DNA from: Syntrophales bacterium
GTDB lineage: Bacteria > Desulfobacterota > Syntrophia > Syntrophales > UBA2210
Direction: 5' to 3'
Length of the DNA stretch: 64,000 nt
NCBI GenBank assembly: GCA_963662405.2
Contig: CAXXKT010000001.1
Location: forward strand, 1,664,001-1,728,000
The stretch's first letter is position 1. Each line of letters starts with the position of its first letter. Below, one piece after another: positions 10,338 through 20,420 of the stretch. A model generated the notes under the pieces. The model ran no database searches. It had not been told where the DNA came from and was given only the letters and a program-made list of their open reading frames with translations. Both the position numbers and the translations under genes were made by a program.

Positions 10338-11597
10338 ATGAATGATTCTCTTGTATATCTGGATGAATTAAAACAACGAGGAATCCAATTCGGAATCGGT
10401 CCTATCTCCCGGCTCCTGCATCGCTTGGGCAATCCCCAGCATGAATTTCGAGCGGTGCTGATAGGGGGGACCAACGGGAAAGGATCAACGGCTGCCCTGC
10501 TTGCCTCCGTGTTGGAGACGACCGGTATGGCGGTGGGGCTTTATACCTCTCCCCACCTGTGTGATTTCAGGGAACGGATACGGATCAATGGTTGCATGAT
10601 TGAAGAGCACGAGTTGTCTGATCTCATAGAAACGGTTCGCAGGAACAGCCGAGAGGATGTGACCTATTTTGAGTTTACGACGGCGCTGGCATTTCTGCAT
10701 TTTGCGAAACGACCGGTAGATATTGCGGTTGTGGAGGTCGGGATGGGGGGGCGACTTGATGCCACCAACCTTGTGTCTCCTGAGGTTTCCCTTATAACCA
10801 ATGTTTCCCTGGAACATCAAAAATTCCTGGGGCGCGATCTTAAGTCTATCGCCTGTGAAAAGGGGGGGATTATCGGGGAAAACGGTGTCTGTATCACAGC
10901 CGCTACCGGACGCACCGTGATTGGTACCCTCGAAGATATCTGCAGTCGGAGGAGGGCGACTCTCTATCGAATAGGCAAGGACGTCCGAGTCAGACGATCC
11001 GCACGGGGGACTTTTTCTTATTATGGCAGGAATAAGTGCTACCGGGATCTTACCATATCTCTTGCTGGAAGATATCAGGTCACTAACGCGGCCCTTGCCC
11101 TTGCGGCTGTCGATTACTTGGCGGGAAGAGGGATGGACATCAGTGAGCCATCCGTTATAGAGGGGTTGCGGAAAGCGCGATGGGAGGGGCGGTTGGAATA
11201 TATCGCTCAGCGGCCGCGAATCATTGTTGATGGTGCGCATAATCCCGCGGGGATCGCGGCGTTATGTCGTGCCCTCGTATCAGATTTTACATATACCGGA
11301 TTGATTGTTGTATGCGGTATACTTCACGATAAAAACTATGCCGGCATGCTGAAGAGATTAATTGCCCTGGCGGATGTTCTTATACTGACTCGTCCCCGAG
11401 AGGAACGGGCTACACCGCCGGCGGAGTTACTTGCTGTTATTCCTCCATCATACCATGACCATGTCGAGATTGTTGAAGATTCCGGAAGGGCCCTTGACAG
11501 GGCACGGTCTCTGGCCGGTCATGACGATCTGGTGTGTGTCACCGGTTCACTGTACCTGGTCGGAGAGATAAAAAAAGCTGTTTCCTCATGGCGTTGA
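10338..11597 (+). CDS. folC: Folylpolyglutamate synthase / dihydrofolate synthase
   Basis: GTNGKGST, YTSPHL, EVGMGGRLDATN, DGAHNP, TGSLYLVG. Confidence 0.97.
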   Translation: MNDSLVYLDELKQRGIQFGIGPISRLLHRLGNPQHEFRAVLIGGTNGKGSTAALLASVLETTGMAVGLYTSPHLCDFRERIRINGCMIEEHELSDLIETVRRNSREDVTYFEFTTALAFLHFAKRPVDIAVVEVGMGGRLDATNLVSPEVSLITNVSLEHQKFLGRDLKSIACEKGGIIGENGVCITAATGRTVIGTLEDICSRRRATLYRIGKDVRVRRSARGTFSYYGRNKCYRDLTISLAGRYQVTNAALALAAVDYLAGRGMDISEPSVIEGLRKARWEGRLEYIAQRPRIIVDGAHNPAGIAALCRALVSDFTYTGLIVVCGILHDKNYAGMLKRLIALADVLILTRPREERATPPAELLAVIPPSYHDHVEIVEDSGRALDRARSLAGHDDLVCVTGSLYLVGEIKKAVSSWR

Positions 11598-11677
11598 ACA
11601 GAGGTGCTCCCGCCTGATATTATGGATGGTGAGATGACCCGACGCGCGATTTCCAAAGAGTGGACAGAAATTCCTTC

Positions 11678-13060
11678 CTATCGTCCGCGCGCAAAGAGGA
11701 CTTCCTTGATGGTGAGAAGCATAATGGCGAGGTCCATAAGCCAGGTGGAGTGCTTCACATAATACAGGTCATATTGGAGCTTTTCTTTGCTGTCGTCCAT
11801 GCTGTCTCCATAGGAATAATTGACCTGCGCCCAACCGGTCAAACCGGGGCGGACAGAGTGGCGGAGGTTGTAATACGGTATCGTCCGTTCCATCTCCGCC
11901 ACAAAGACGGGCCGCTCCGGCCGGGGGCCGACCATATCCATGTCTCCTTTGAAGATGTTGATGAACTGCGGTATCTCATCGAGTCTGAGCTTACGGATTA
12001 GCTTCCCGACCCGGGTGATACGCGGATCATCCTTTTGAGCGAATATCGGTCCGCTGGAACTCTCCGCTCCGGTGATCATAGACCGAAACTTGAGGAGGCG
12101 AAAGATCCTGCCGTTGAGCCCAACCCTCTCCTGCCGGTAGAAAACAGGACCGGGGGAATCCAGCTTGATCAGGAGGGCGGTGAGAAGGAGGAGAGGGGAG
12201 AGAATCGTTAAGAGACAGAGAGATATGATTATTCCCTGGGCATGTTTGATCGTTCGATGTATGGGGGTTTGACAGAACCCCTCTTCAAAGAGAAACCAGC
12301 TTGGTTTCAGATATTCATCAATGATGATCTTTTTCTTGATTTCTTCGTAAAAGGTGGACCCTTCCTGAATAAGGATGTTGGCTGTCTTGAGCTTGAGTAG
12401 ATCGTGAACCGGCAGTTTGCCCCGTCGGTCACGCATCGTGACAACGATGGTATCGACGGGATAAGCTTGCTTGAGGGCCTCATGGATCCGTTCGATAGGT
12501 CCGATGACAGGGGTCCCGTAAAAATCTGTTTCCACCTGATTCTCAACGGTGGAAACAACCCCCACAACGTCATAGTCCCTGGATTTCTTTTTATGAGTTT
12601 CTTTGATGATCTCCCGCGTCAGGTCATTAGCCCCGATGATCAGGACCCGGTTACGATTATTGGGTATCTTGTAATAGAGTATGTAGCGGAAAAAGAAAAG
12701 AGACACAAAGATCGCGATGAGGGGAGGGAGGAGGTGCCAGTTGATCAGTGCAAGATTGCGGATGAAAAAGCTCACGCTTACGATAAACCCGCAGGAAATC
12801 AGGAACGCGATGATGGTTCGTTTGAGCAATTCAAGTGGAGAGACCTGTTCCGTAAAGGAAGAGAGCCCGGAAATAAAAAGGGAAATGAGAACAATGACGG
12901 TAAAGAGTGGCTCCGCCAGATGTCCTTGAAAGGGGGCATATATCCACAGTGTTGATGATTCGGGTAAAATCCAAAAAAAGAACTCAAAAAACAGGATGCT
13001 GATTATTATATCAGCGATGAAGATGGCGATGGCGCCCCGCGTCGTATGTATTGAAAACAT
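11678..13060 (-). CDS. Priming polyprenyl-phosphate sugar phosphotransferase (PEP-CTERM EPS locus type)
   Basis: N-terminal TMs, Rossmann-like middle domain, KFRSM...DPRITRVG..IRK.RLDEIPQ...GPRPERP...PGLTGWAQV. Confidence 0.93.
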   Translation of the reverse strand: MFSIHTTRGAIAIFIADIIISILFFEFFFWILPESSTLWIYAPFQGHLAEPLFTVIVLISLFISGLSSFTEQVSPLELLKRTIIAFLISCGFIVSVSFFIRNLALINWHLLPPLIAIFVSLFFFRYILYYKIPNNRNRVLIIGANDLTREIIKETHKKKSRDYDVVGVVSTVENQVETDFYGTPVIGPIERIHEALKQAYPVDTIVVTMRDRRGKLPVHDLLKLKTANILIQEGSTFYEEIKKKIIIDEYLKPSWFLFEEGFCQTPIHRTIKHAQGIIISLCLLTILSPLLLLTALLIKLDSPGPVFYRQERVGLNGRIFRLLKFRSMITGAESSSGPIFAQKDDPRITRVGKLIRKLRLDEIPQFINIFKGDMDMVGPRPERPVFVAEMERTIPYYNLRHSVRPGLTGWAQVNYSYGDSMDDSKEKLQYDLYYVKHSTWLMDLAIMLLTIKEVLFARGR

Positions 13061-13067
13061 CAGCTAC

Positions 13068-14567
13068 TTATTCCTCCAGGTGCTCGAACGATTTGATGCG
13101 GTTCCCTCCCATAATCTTTGCCGATACGAGAACGGTCTTGGCGTTTTCCATCAGGGGACCTGGCGCTGATGCGTCCTCGGGAAATTGGATGACTCCTCCG
13201 CTCAATGTCAGGGGGTGTGACAGGGAGATTTTCATTTCACTAGGGAGTTCTGAAACCACATCAAGGATACGGCGCGCCACCTCGATGGCGTTGTGCTTGT
13301 CGGTGTTGGGGAGGATGATGCCGAATTCGTCACTCCCGATCCGACCTGCAATATCGTAATGTCGAAGGCAGCTGTTGATCTGGTCGGCGATCACTTTGAG
13401 GAGCTCATCGCCGAGGAAGTACCCATGATCACGGTTAAATCGATCGAAATGGTCAACATCCAAGACAATCAGGGAGAGCCTCGTATCGGTCAAGCGTTCT
13501 GCGCGTGCCACTTCTTCGTGAAGCCTCTTCCACCAGAGCCCGTAATTATACATGCCGGTCAGACTGTCCGTCGATGCCAGGTCCTGGAATCGTTGCTCCG
13601 AGGCTGATTCCTCGATGACCTTGGCTGCAGATTCACAGATTGAATGAATCAATCCCTGTGATGCCTCATCAAGTGTCGGGGGCATCGATTCGGTAAACAG
13701 AAAAAAATGTCCCTGGACTGTGTCATTCCGGACCAACGGCATCACGATATACACGTTCTCCCGCAGAAGAGTGAGAGGTGCCGAGAATAGGTCTTTCTTT
13801 TCAAAGGTTGTGATGTGTCGAAGTGCGTCGATTTTTTTCACTTCCAGATGTGTAGCCAGTTCTTCGTAAAGCTCGCGATACTGGGTGGTATCGAGTCCAT
13901 AGCCGAGTATCAGATCGGGAAATCCTGATTGATGGTTTTTCAGGAGAAATATCCCCTTCTTTTTTGTCTTCAGAAGATTGGTCGTCAGGTGAAAGATGTA
14001 GTCGAAGACGATTCGGAGTTCACGCAGGGAACTGTACTCGCGAAAGATATTCATCATGTACAGTTCAGAAGGAGTATCATGATAGCTGAGAGGAAGATCG
14101 ACCTGGGCGAGATACTCTGAGAAGCAATGGAGGATCCGCATGACCAGTGGTTCTTTGTCGGGTCGGATCCCATGTTCTTTCAGAACCGAGTTTATATTGA
14201 TGGTTCCTATTGTTCCGTTGTGGAGCTTGATTGGAACTATATAGGAGGTGTCTATGTCGGGATTAATGAGATCATCAGGGGTTATGTCTAATTGTAAAGT
14301 GTCCTGTGTTCCCTTGACGAAAACGGTTTTCCCACGGGCAGCGACCTTGCCGGAGATGCCGTCGCCCAAACGGACACGGGCCTTTTCAACGACCTCTTTC
14401 TTCAGGCCTCGGGCATTACAGATTCTGAGTTCTTGCGATGTGTCGTCGAGGAGCATAATGGAGCCGCGTTTTGCTTGCATCACCTCCAGAACCACATCCA
14501 GGAGCAAGTCCAAGATCTCAGGGAGCATGTGGCAATCGGTATACCGATGATTATCTTCTGTACTCAT
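13068..14567 (-). CDS. GAF-domain protein with degenerate GGDEF domain (GSDEF; RxxD I-site intact)
   Basis: GAF GSIML...GDGISGKVA; TDSLTGMYN, DVDHF, RHYD, GRIGSDEF. Confidence 0.85.
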   Translation of the reverse strand: MSTEDNHRYTDCHMLPEILDLLLDVVLEVMQAKRGSIMLLDDTSQELRICNARGLKKEVVEKARVRLGDGISGKVAARGKTVFVKGTQDTLQLDITPDDLINPDIDTSYIVPIKLHNGTIGTININSVLKEHGIRPDKEPLVMRILHCFSEYLAQVDLPLSYHDTPSELYMMNIFREYSSLRELRIVFDYIFHLTTNLLKTKKKGIFLLKNHQSGFPDLILGYGLDTTQYRELYEELATHLEVKKIDALRHITTFEKKDLFSAPLTLLRENVYIVMPLVRNDTVQGHFFLFTESMPPTLDEASQGLIHSICESAAKVIEESASEQRFQDLASTDSLTGMYNYGLWWKRLHEEVARAERLTDTRLSLIVLDVDHFDRFNRDHGYFLGDELLKVIADQINSCLRHYDIAGRIGSDEFGIILPNTDKHNAIEVARRILDVVSELPSEMKISLSHPLTLSGGVIQFPEDASAPGPLMENAKTVLVSAKIMGGNRIKSFEHLEE

Positions 14568-15081
14568 GGCGGAGACGCTTTACAAAAACTGCTGTACCCT
14601 ACAGACCCCAGAGTCAAGACGCTTCTTAAAATTTTGTTGGGAGTATATTTAAATTCGCTGCCTTAGCTCAAGGCATATCTATACTCTCACCCACAACGCC
14701 TAATGCTACGATACCATGCCCCGTTTTGCAAGTCCGAAATGATTAAAAACACAGCACCTTTTTATAAGGATTCGATTGGGAAACGCTGATTTGCGGAGGG
14801 ACTCAGGGGGCGAGGCTGCCGATGAAGTCCATAAAAGAGGCGGATAAACCAATGGTGTCTCTGCAAGACAATATTACATTTCGGGGCCTATTTATTCCTT
14901 TACTTTTAGTTCTTTTTTTTGTTATTACAAGGACATTAGTATTTGTAGGTGATGACTGATGATCATTTGAGTCGGCCATGATCTGCTGCCAGGTTTGTTA
15001 AACAACATGCTTTCCCCCTTGGGCTTGGATGTGGCTTATCGTTATGCAGCCGAAGGATGTTTCGCGAGGTGAGCTGATACA

Positions 15082-15714
15082 TTGAATCCCAGTATACTCG
15101 TCAACAAGGCCTTCGATTATGCGGAAGTTCACAGGCTCCGAGAGCGAATCACAGGCGAACTTCAGGAGCATAATTCTAAAACCCTCATGGTTGCCAGTCC
15201 CCACGACGATGCCGGCAATACTTTTCTTGTCTCTGTATTAGGTTACAATATAGCCCGCTTCAGTACCATGAAGGTGTTACTGGTAGATCTCAACATGCGC
15301 AAGCCCCAGCTCCATCTTTCCTTCGGTCTCGATATAGGAAAAGGCTTCAGTGCGGTTGCATCTGGGCTTCTACCGTGGCGTGACGTATTGATGGATACCA
15401 ACCTCTCGGGACTGCAGGTCATGCCGGCCGGTCGTGTCGACATGGATTTCTCTCACCTCGTAACCCGCTCTTTTCTGGATGACCTGATTCAGGAAATGCG
15501 AGATGAATTCGATCTGATACTCTTTGATACCTCACCACTGCTCGTCCAGAACAGGGGGAATATCGACCCGGTTCTCCTCAGCCTTATCTGCGACGCTGTT
15601 GTGATCGTGATCCAAGACAAGAGGACGACACGAGCCGAACTGGGACGGGCGGTTGCCGCCATTCCAGAAGGAGAGAAGAAGATTATGGGGATTGTGTATA
15701 ACCATACTTTTTAA
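15082..15714 (+). CDS. CpsD/CapB-family BY-kinase-like protein, catalytically degenerate
   Basis: Walker-like motifs ASPHDDAGNT / LLVDLNMRKP / LILFDTSP; ends GIVYNHTF. Confidence 0.8.
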   Translation: MNPSILVNKAFDYAEVHRLRERITGELQEHNSKTLMVASPHDDAGNTFLVSVLGYNIARFSTMKVLLVDLNMRKPQLHLSFGLDIGKGFSAVASGLLPWRDVLMDTNLSGLQVMPAGRVDMDFSHLVTRSFLDDLIQEMRDEFDLILFDTSPLLVQNRGNIDPVLLSLICDAVVIVIQDKRTTRAELGRAVAAIPEGEKKIMGIVYNHTF

Positions 15715-15728
15715 ATATCGAGTTTTTT

Positions 15729-16799
15729 ATGAACGAGAGAGTACAAGACAGACAGTTTGATATTTCGATGTATGCGTCGAAATATGGAGTTCCTATCCTG
15801 GAAAGAAAATGGATGGTATTCATTTTCTTTATGGTGGGCTTGATGATTGCCATGATATTTCTCACCCCCCTCATTGAACCTCAATTTGTCAGCCAGGCGG
15901 TTCTCTTGGTGGAAGAACCCCGCTCTGAGATTTCCAGAGCCAAGCAAGAAACACTGGGTACGGGAAGAGTGTCGGGTCTCTACGTGACGACAGAGGCGGA
16001 AAAGATTAAGAGTCCCTTTTTCGCTGCGGAAGTACTGAAGATTTTACCCGAAAAAGCCAAGAATGATTTGCGGGCCGATGTGGGGATCTGGCCCCGGATT
16101 AAACGGGGTACCCTGAAATTGTTCGGTGTAAAGCAAAAGTCATTGTCGCAGCCGATGGTGGAACGGACGCTCCTCATTGAGATCCAAAAGAGGGTTGAGG
16201 TCACCAACGACCCCCAATCGGCCCTGATCTGGATAATGACGAAAAGCCCCGATAAGGATATTGCACTCGTTCTGGCCAGAAGCTATGTCGATGTTGCCCT
16301 TGCTTCAAATCTGGAGGACAACAAGAAGGTGGTCAGGTCAGAGCGGGAATTCCTGGAAAGGCAGAGAAATCGAGCTGATCAGAAATTTCGGGATTCTGAA
16401 CAGGCGGTATTCGATTTCAAAAAAGAATATCAGATTCCCGGTGACTTCGATGACGCCCGTGATATCGGTATCCAGTTGCAGTTGAAACGTCTCCAGTCCC
16501 GGGCGGCAATGGATAAGGAACGCTTTGAGGAGTTGGATGAAGCCTTTTTTTCCAGTCAGGTAAAAGAAGCGGGAATACTGGGAAATATTCGGGTGATCAG
16601 CCCTCCGGTCTTCCCCGTGTCCCCTTCGAGGAAGCAAGAGATCCGACTTATGATCATCATCATTCTTGGGGGGCTAACGTTGGGGATCGGTCTCGCGCTG
16701 TTACCGGAGTTTACCCGTGGAACGATTCGCCATGAGGTCGATATTGCCGATGTCGGGTATCTCCCCGTCCTTACCCATCTTCCAAGGATCAAAACATGA
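15729..16799 (+). CDS. Polysaccharide co-polymerase (Wzz/GumC/Wzc membrane domain)
   Basis: Two TMs flanking a coiled-coil region; NIRVISPP..P..P motif; LPVLTHLP end. Confidence 0.85.
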   Translation: MNERVQDRQFDISMYASKYGVPILERKWMVFIFFMVGLMIAMIFLTPLIEPQFVSQAVLLVEEPRSEISRAKQETLGTGRVSGLYVTTEAEKIKSPFFAAEVLKILPEKAKNDLRADVGIWPRIKRGTLKLFGVKQKSLSQPMVERTLLIEIQKRVEVTNDPQSALIWIMTKSPDKDIALVLARSYVDVALASNLEDNKKVVRSEREFLERQRNRADQKFRDSEQAVFDFKKEYQIPGDFDDARDIGIQLQLKRLQSRAAMDKERFEELDEAFFSSQVKEAGILGNIRVISPPVFPVSPSRKQEIRLMIIIILGGLTLGIGLALLPEFTRGTIRHEVDIADVGYLPVLTHLPRIKT

Positions 16800-18115
16800 T
16801 GTCATGCCGGCGGCGATATGCTCGATTATTTCTTGCCGCACTTGCGGCTGTGTTGAGTGTTCTCGTATATTCTCCTTCCGCCATGGGGAAAGGGCGTATA
16901 GAGATTACTCCCGTGGTGACTGTCAGTGAAGTCTATGATGATAATATCTTTTTAGATAAAGAAAATACAAAGTCGGATTACATTACTTCCATTTCGCCGG
17001 GAATCGGGTTCGACATCTATTCACAGCGAAACGGATTGGATCTGTTTTATGCCCCCACCTTTGTAAAATATCATGAATACTCGGATAATGACACGACGCG
17101 GCACAATGCCCGGCTCCACGCCTGGCAGCAAATGGGAAAATCGTTACGGTTCGATCTGCGCGATGAGTACCTGAAGTCGGAAGATCCGGCTGAGGCGTCC
17201 CTTGCCAGTTATGAGGAGCGACAGAGACTCAGACATACCCGATATACCTATGAGAGAAATGTGGCGGATGCCGCGCTCAGGTATCAGTTCGGAGCCGAAG
17301 ATTCGCTGAAGATTGGATACCGGCATGAGCTTCTGGAGAACAAGGATCCCTTACTTGATGATACCACCGAACATGGCCCGTATGGGGGAGTAACGTATTG
17401 GTTCGACAAACACAACGGTATGGATCTGAACTACCGTTTTACCAGGGCATCGTTTAACCGAAATGACGGCAATCCTTCGGGTGATGATTTTGACGGGCAC
17501 GAGTTCGATGTCCGCTATTTGTACCGCTGGAATCAAAGGACGCGGGCACATGTCGGTTACGGTTATACGATAAGGGAATTCGAAGATGAATCCCGAGAGG
17601 ATCGGACGGTGCATGAAGGATTAATGGGGATAACCCATAGTTTTTCTCCTTTGACGTCACTTTCTTTCGATGTGGGATATTACAAACCTGAGGGGTATGG
17701 CACGGACGATAAAGGGCACGCAAGCTACGGGGCAACACTGAACAGGAAGCTGGAGCGGGGGGGGCTTTCGCTGAGGGCCAGAAGCGGATGGGACGAGGAT
17801 TATCTGGATGCGGAGGAACAGCGGGGGTATACACGGTACTGGTCTGTCGGCGGCAGTGTGGATTACGTGCTCCTGAAGAATCTGACCGCCTATGCAAACG
17901 CTTCCTACCGGGAAAACACATATCATCTGACAGACGCGGGAGATGAAACCTTCGGGGGAAGAAGTGGTCTCAGGGTGGGATTTTTACGTTGGTATTCCAT
18001 CAGTCTGGAGTACGCCTATCTGAACCGACGGAGCGATGATCCCACCGATGAGCATGTCGATAACAGAATTATGGCGATCTTTTCTGCTTCGCGATCATTT
18101 CGATTGACGAAGTGA
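16796..18115 (+). CDS. Outer-membrane beta-barrel of polysaccharide export loci
   Basis: Signal peptide; EVYDDNIF...SDYITSISPG; alternating amphipathic strands; ATGA overlap with upstream gene. Confidence 0.8.
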   Translation: MMSCRRRYARLFLAALAAVLSVLVYSPSAMGKGRIEITPVVTVSEVYDDNIFLDKENTKSDYITSISPGIGFDIYSQRNGLDLFYAPTFVKYHEYSDNDTTRHNARLHAWQQMGKSLRFDLRDEYLKSEDPAEASLASYEERQRLRHTRYTYERNVADAALRYQFGAEDSLKIGYRHELLENKDPLLDDTTEHGPYGGVTYWFDKHNGMDLNYRFTRASFNRNDGNPSGDDFDGHEFDVRYLYRWNQRTRAHVGYGYTIREFEDESREDRTVHEGLMGITHSFSPLTSLSFDVGYYKPEGYGTDDKGHASYGATLNRKLERGGLSLRARSGWDEDYLDAEEQRGYTRYWSVGGSVDYVLLKNLTAYANASYRENTYHLTDAGDETFGGRSGLRVGFLRWYSISLEYAYLNRRSDDPTDEHVDNRIMAIFSASRSFRLTK

Positions 18116-18156
18116 CTCTTCCTTCTTCCGGGACATCTCCACCCGAATCCGATTTT

Positions 18157-18993
18157 TTACTGAACGGGGATGATTTCAACCCGCCTGTTCAGTGCCCGCC
18201 CCTCGGCCGTTTCATTGGAATACTTTGGGTGTGAAAAGGCATACCCCGCCGGGTTGAGACGGTTTTTCTCCACGCCACCCTGTATCAGATAATTCACCAC
18301 CGCCTCAGCGCGCTTGTAGGAAAGCGTCTGATTGTAATCCATGGTTCCGAAGTTATCCGTATGCCCCTGTATCTCGGCGTTCAAAGAGGGGTTGCTTTTG
18401 AAGATGGTGATAACCTGATCAAGTGCTGAGTGGTATTCGGGGTTAATGACATATTTATCAAAATCGAAAAGTGTGTCACCGATAGTCCAGCACCCATCCT
18501 GGTCTACCCATGCGTCCTGAGGTGTCCCGGGGCACTTGTCGAGATGGTCGGGTACACCATCACTATCGCTGTCCAGAGGGCACCCTCTGCAATCAACCGA
18601 TATCCCTTCAGGCGTTTCGGGGCATTTGTCAAGATAGTCGGGAACACCATCACCGTCGCTGTCGAGCGGACATCCCCGCTCATCGACTTCCACACCTTCA
18701 GGCGTTCCGGGGCACTTGTCGAGGTGATCAGGTACACCGTCTCCGTCGCTGTCCAGAGGACATCCCTGATCGTCAACCTTTATACCCGCCGGCGTCTGAT
18801 CGCTCGGTGCGTATTTTATCGATTTCATGCATTCTTCAGGTGATTCGGCCTTAAGACACACCAGGCGCGCATGTTCCCGTGGTGATACCTCCTTTGTTGA
18901 GTGATCGTCGGAATCCATCAGAGAATAATTCGGAGCGCATCCCAGTATAAGGACACATAACACCAAACCGCAAAGTTGTACTCTCTTATTCAT
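18157..18993 (-). CDS. OmpA-domain lipoprotein with thrombospondin type 3-like repeats
   Basis: Lipobox LILGC; three DSDGDGVPD..DKCP repeats; FDFDK...GHTD...NQ.LS..RA...NRRVE. Confidence 0.9.
   Translation of the reverse strand: MNKRVQLCGLVLCVLILGCAPNYSLMDSDDHSTKEVSPREHARLVCLKAESPEECMKSIKYAPSDQTPAGIKVDDQGCPLDSDGDGVPDHLDKCPGTPEGVEVDERGCPLDSDGDGVPDYLDKCPETPEGISVDCRGCPLDSDSDGVPDHLDKCPGTPQDAWVDQDGCWTIGDTLFDFDKYVINPEYHSALDQVITIFKSNPSLNAEIQGHTDNFGTMDYNQTLSYKRAEAVVNYLIQGGVEKNRLNPAGYAFSHPKYSNETAEGRALNRRVEIIPVQ
18500..18790 (-). repeat. About three 90-bp coding tandem repeats (TSP3-like); boundaries approximate
   Basis: Recurrent ggggca(c/t)ttgtc and gctgtc motifs at 90-nt period. Confidence 0.8.
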
Positions 18994-19028
18994 ATGATAT
19001 CCCTCGAATCTTTCCGAATCTGCGCTTC

Positions 19029-20360
19029 TCAGCGGAGCGGTTGGAACTGCACCCGCCGGTTCAACGCCCGTCCTTCCGCAGTTTCGTTGGATGTTCTGGG
19101 CCTCGAAAAATCAAATCCCATCGCGGAGAGACGGTCCCCATCTATGCCGCTCTTGAGTAAGTATTCCTTCACCGCCTCGGCACGCCGTTGTGAGAGCTTT
19201 TGGTTATAAGCCTGAGTCCCGAAAGTGTCGGTATGGCCCTGTATCTCAACTTTCAAGGAGGGGTTTTGTTTCAAGACAGCGGCGACCTGATCAAGGAGCC
19301 GGTAATATTGAGACTTAATGACATCTTTGTCAAAGTCAAACAGAGTATCACCGATTACCCAGCAGCCCTGTTCATCAACCTGCGCACCTTTCGGAGTTTC
19401 CGGACACATGTCGAGGTAATCGGGTACGCTATCTCCGTCACTGTCGATCGGACATCCTGCGCTGTTTACCGTAACCCCTTTTGGTGTTTCGGGGCATTTG
19501 TCGAGATGATCAGGAACACCATCGCCGTCACTGTCCAACGGACACCCCTTACTGTCGACCTTCACCCCCAGAGGTGTTTCCGGGCACTTATCAATATAAT
19601 CGGGGACGCCGTCCCTGTCACTGTCGAGAGGACAGCCGTTACAATCAACCTCCACCCCTGCGGGTGTTTCGGGGCATGTATCAAGATAGTCGGCGATACC
19701 GTCACCATCACTGTCGAGGGGGCAGCCCCTGCCGTCCACGTTTACCCCTTTGGGCGTGTCGGGGCACTCGTCGATCTCGTTGGGAATACCGTCTCCATCG
19801 GAGTCCCTGAATATCTTCGAAGCGGTAAGATAATCCTGGACCCCGCGATCCTGAAACATCGCAGCTACCGCATTCGATACCGCAGTGTCACATGTTTCAT
19901 ACAGATCCTTTGCGGTGCTCGTTTCTTCGAGATTGACCTCGTATCCGTCACCGGTGATCACGTGGAGATTCAGGGTGCATCCGATGGTATCAAAACCCCA
20001 GAACAATTTCGCACGGGTGATGGAGAGCTTCAGTGTCTTGGGGGACCTCTCAGAGATAATCACGCCTCGCTTTGTCAGTTCATCGGTAAGAATCTCCACG
20101 GCGGTATCCGTCCACATAAGGAGATTAGCCGACCACTCGTGTGTATAATCTCCGATATGAGTCCACCCCGAGTTTGTCTGATTGTTGACAATACTGGCGG
20201 AGCAGACGATCTTATAGTCCGGTTTGAGGACCGTCCCGGGCTTGATCGGAATCGGTTTCGGAACATAGAAGCGCCCGCTGGTGGCACAACCCCACACTAC
20301 CATCAGGACAAATACCCCCCCAACCATAACAGAGATTTTAATTAATGTGGATTTTGACAT
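19029..20360 (-). CDS. OmpA-domain lipoprotein with N-terminal domain and five TSP3-like repeats
   Basis: Lipobox-like VWGC; five 30-aa DSDGDG...CP repeats; OmpA_C motifs GHTD and NRRVQ. Confidence 0.9.
   Translation of the reverse strand: MSKSTLIKISVMVGGVFVLMVVWGCATSGRFYVPKPIPIKPGTVLKPDYKIVCSASIVNNQTNSGWTHIGDYTHEWSANLLMWTDTAVEILTDELTKRGVIISERSPKTLKLSITRAKLFWGFDTIGCTLNLHVITGDGYEVNLEETSTAKDLYETCDTAVSNAVAAMFQDRGVQDYLTASKIFRDSDGDGIPNEIDECPDTPKGVNVDGRGCPLDSDGDGIADYLDTCPETPAGVEVDCNGCPLDSDRDGVPDYIDKCPETPLGVKVDSKGCPLDSDGDGVPDHLDKCPETPKGVTVNSAGCPIDSDGDSVPDYLDMCPETPKGAQVDEQGCWVIGDTLFDFDKDVIKSQYYRLLDQVAAVLKQNPSLKVEIQGHTDTFGTQAYNQKLSQRRAEAVKEYLLKSGIDGDRLSAMGFDFSRPRTSNETAEGRALNRRVQFQPLR
19365..19810 (-). 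repeat. About five 90-bp coding tandem repeats (TSP3-like); boundaries approximate
   Basis: Recurrent tcactgtc and tttc(g/c)gg motifs at 90-nt period. Confidence 0.8.
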
Positions 20361-20420
20361 CTTTCCTCCACTCGGTATGCTTCTTGTTGATTATATGCCT
20401 TGTTATAGTACATCCTTGTT

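Noticed and set aside
13068..13600. Hypr-type cGAMP-synthesising GGDEF
   Set aside because: The guanine-specifying Asp (GDELL) is retained rather than replaced by Ser/Thr
18500..19810. Periodic repeats as a CRISPR array
   Set aside because: They are 90-bp degenerate coding repeats with no unique spacers and no cas genes
19200..20345. 381-aa + strand ORF
   Set aside because: Antisense shadow of the repetitive OmpA gene with no recognisable motifs
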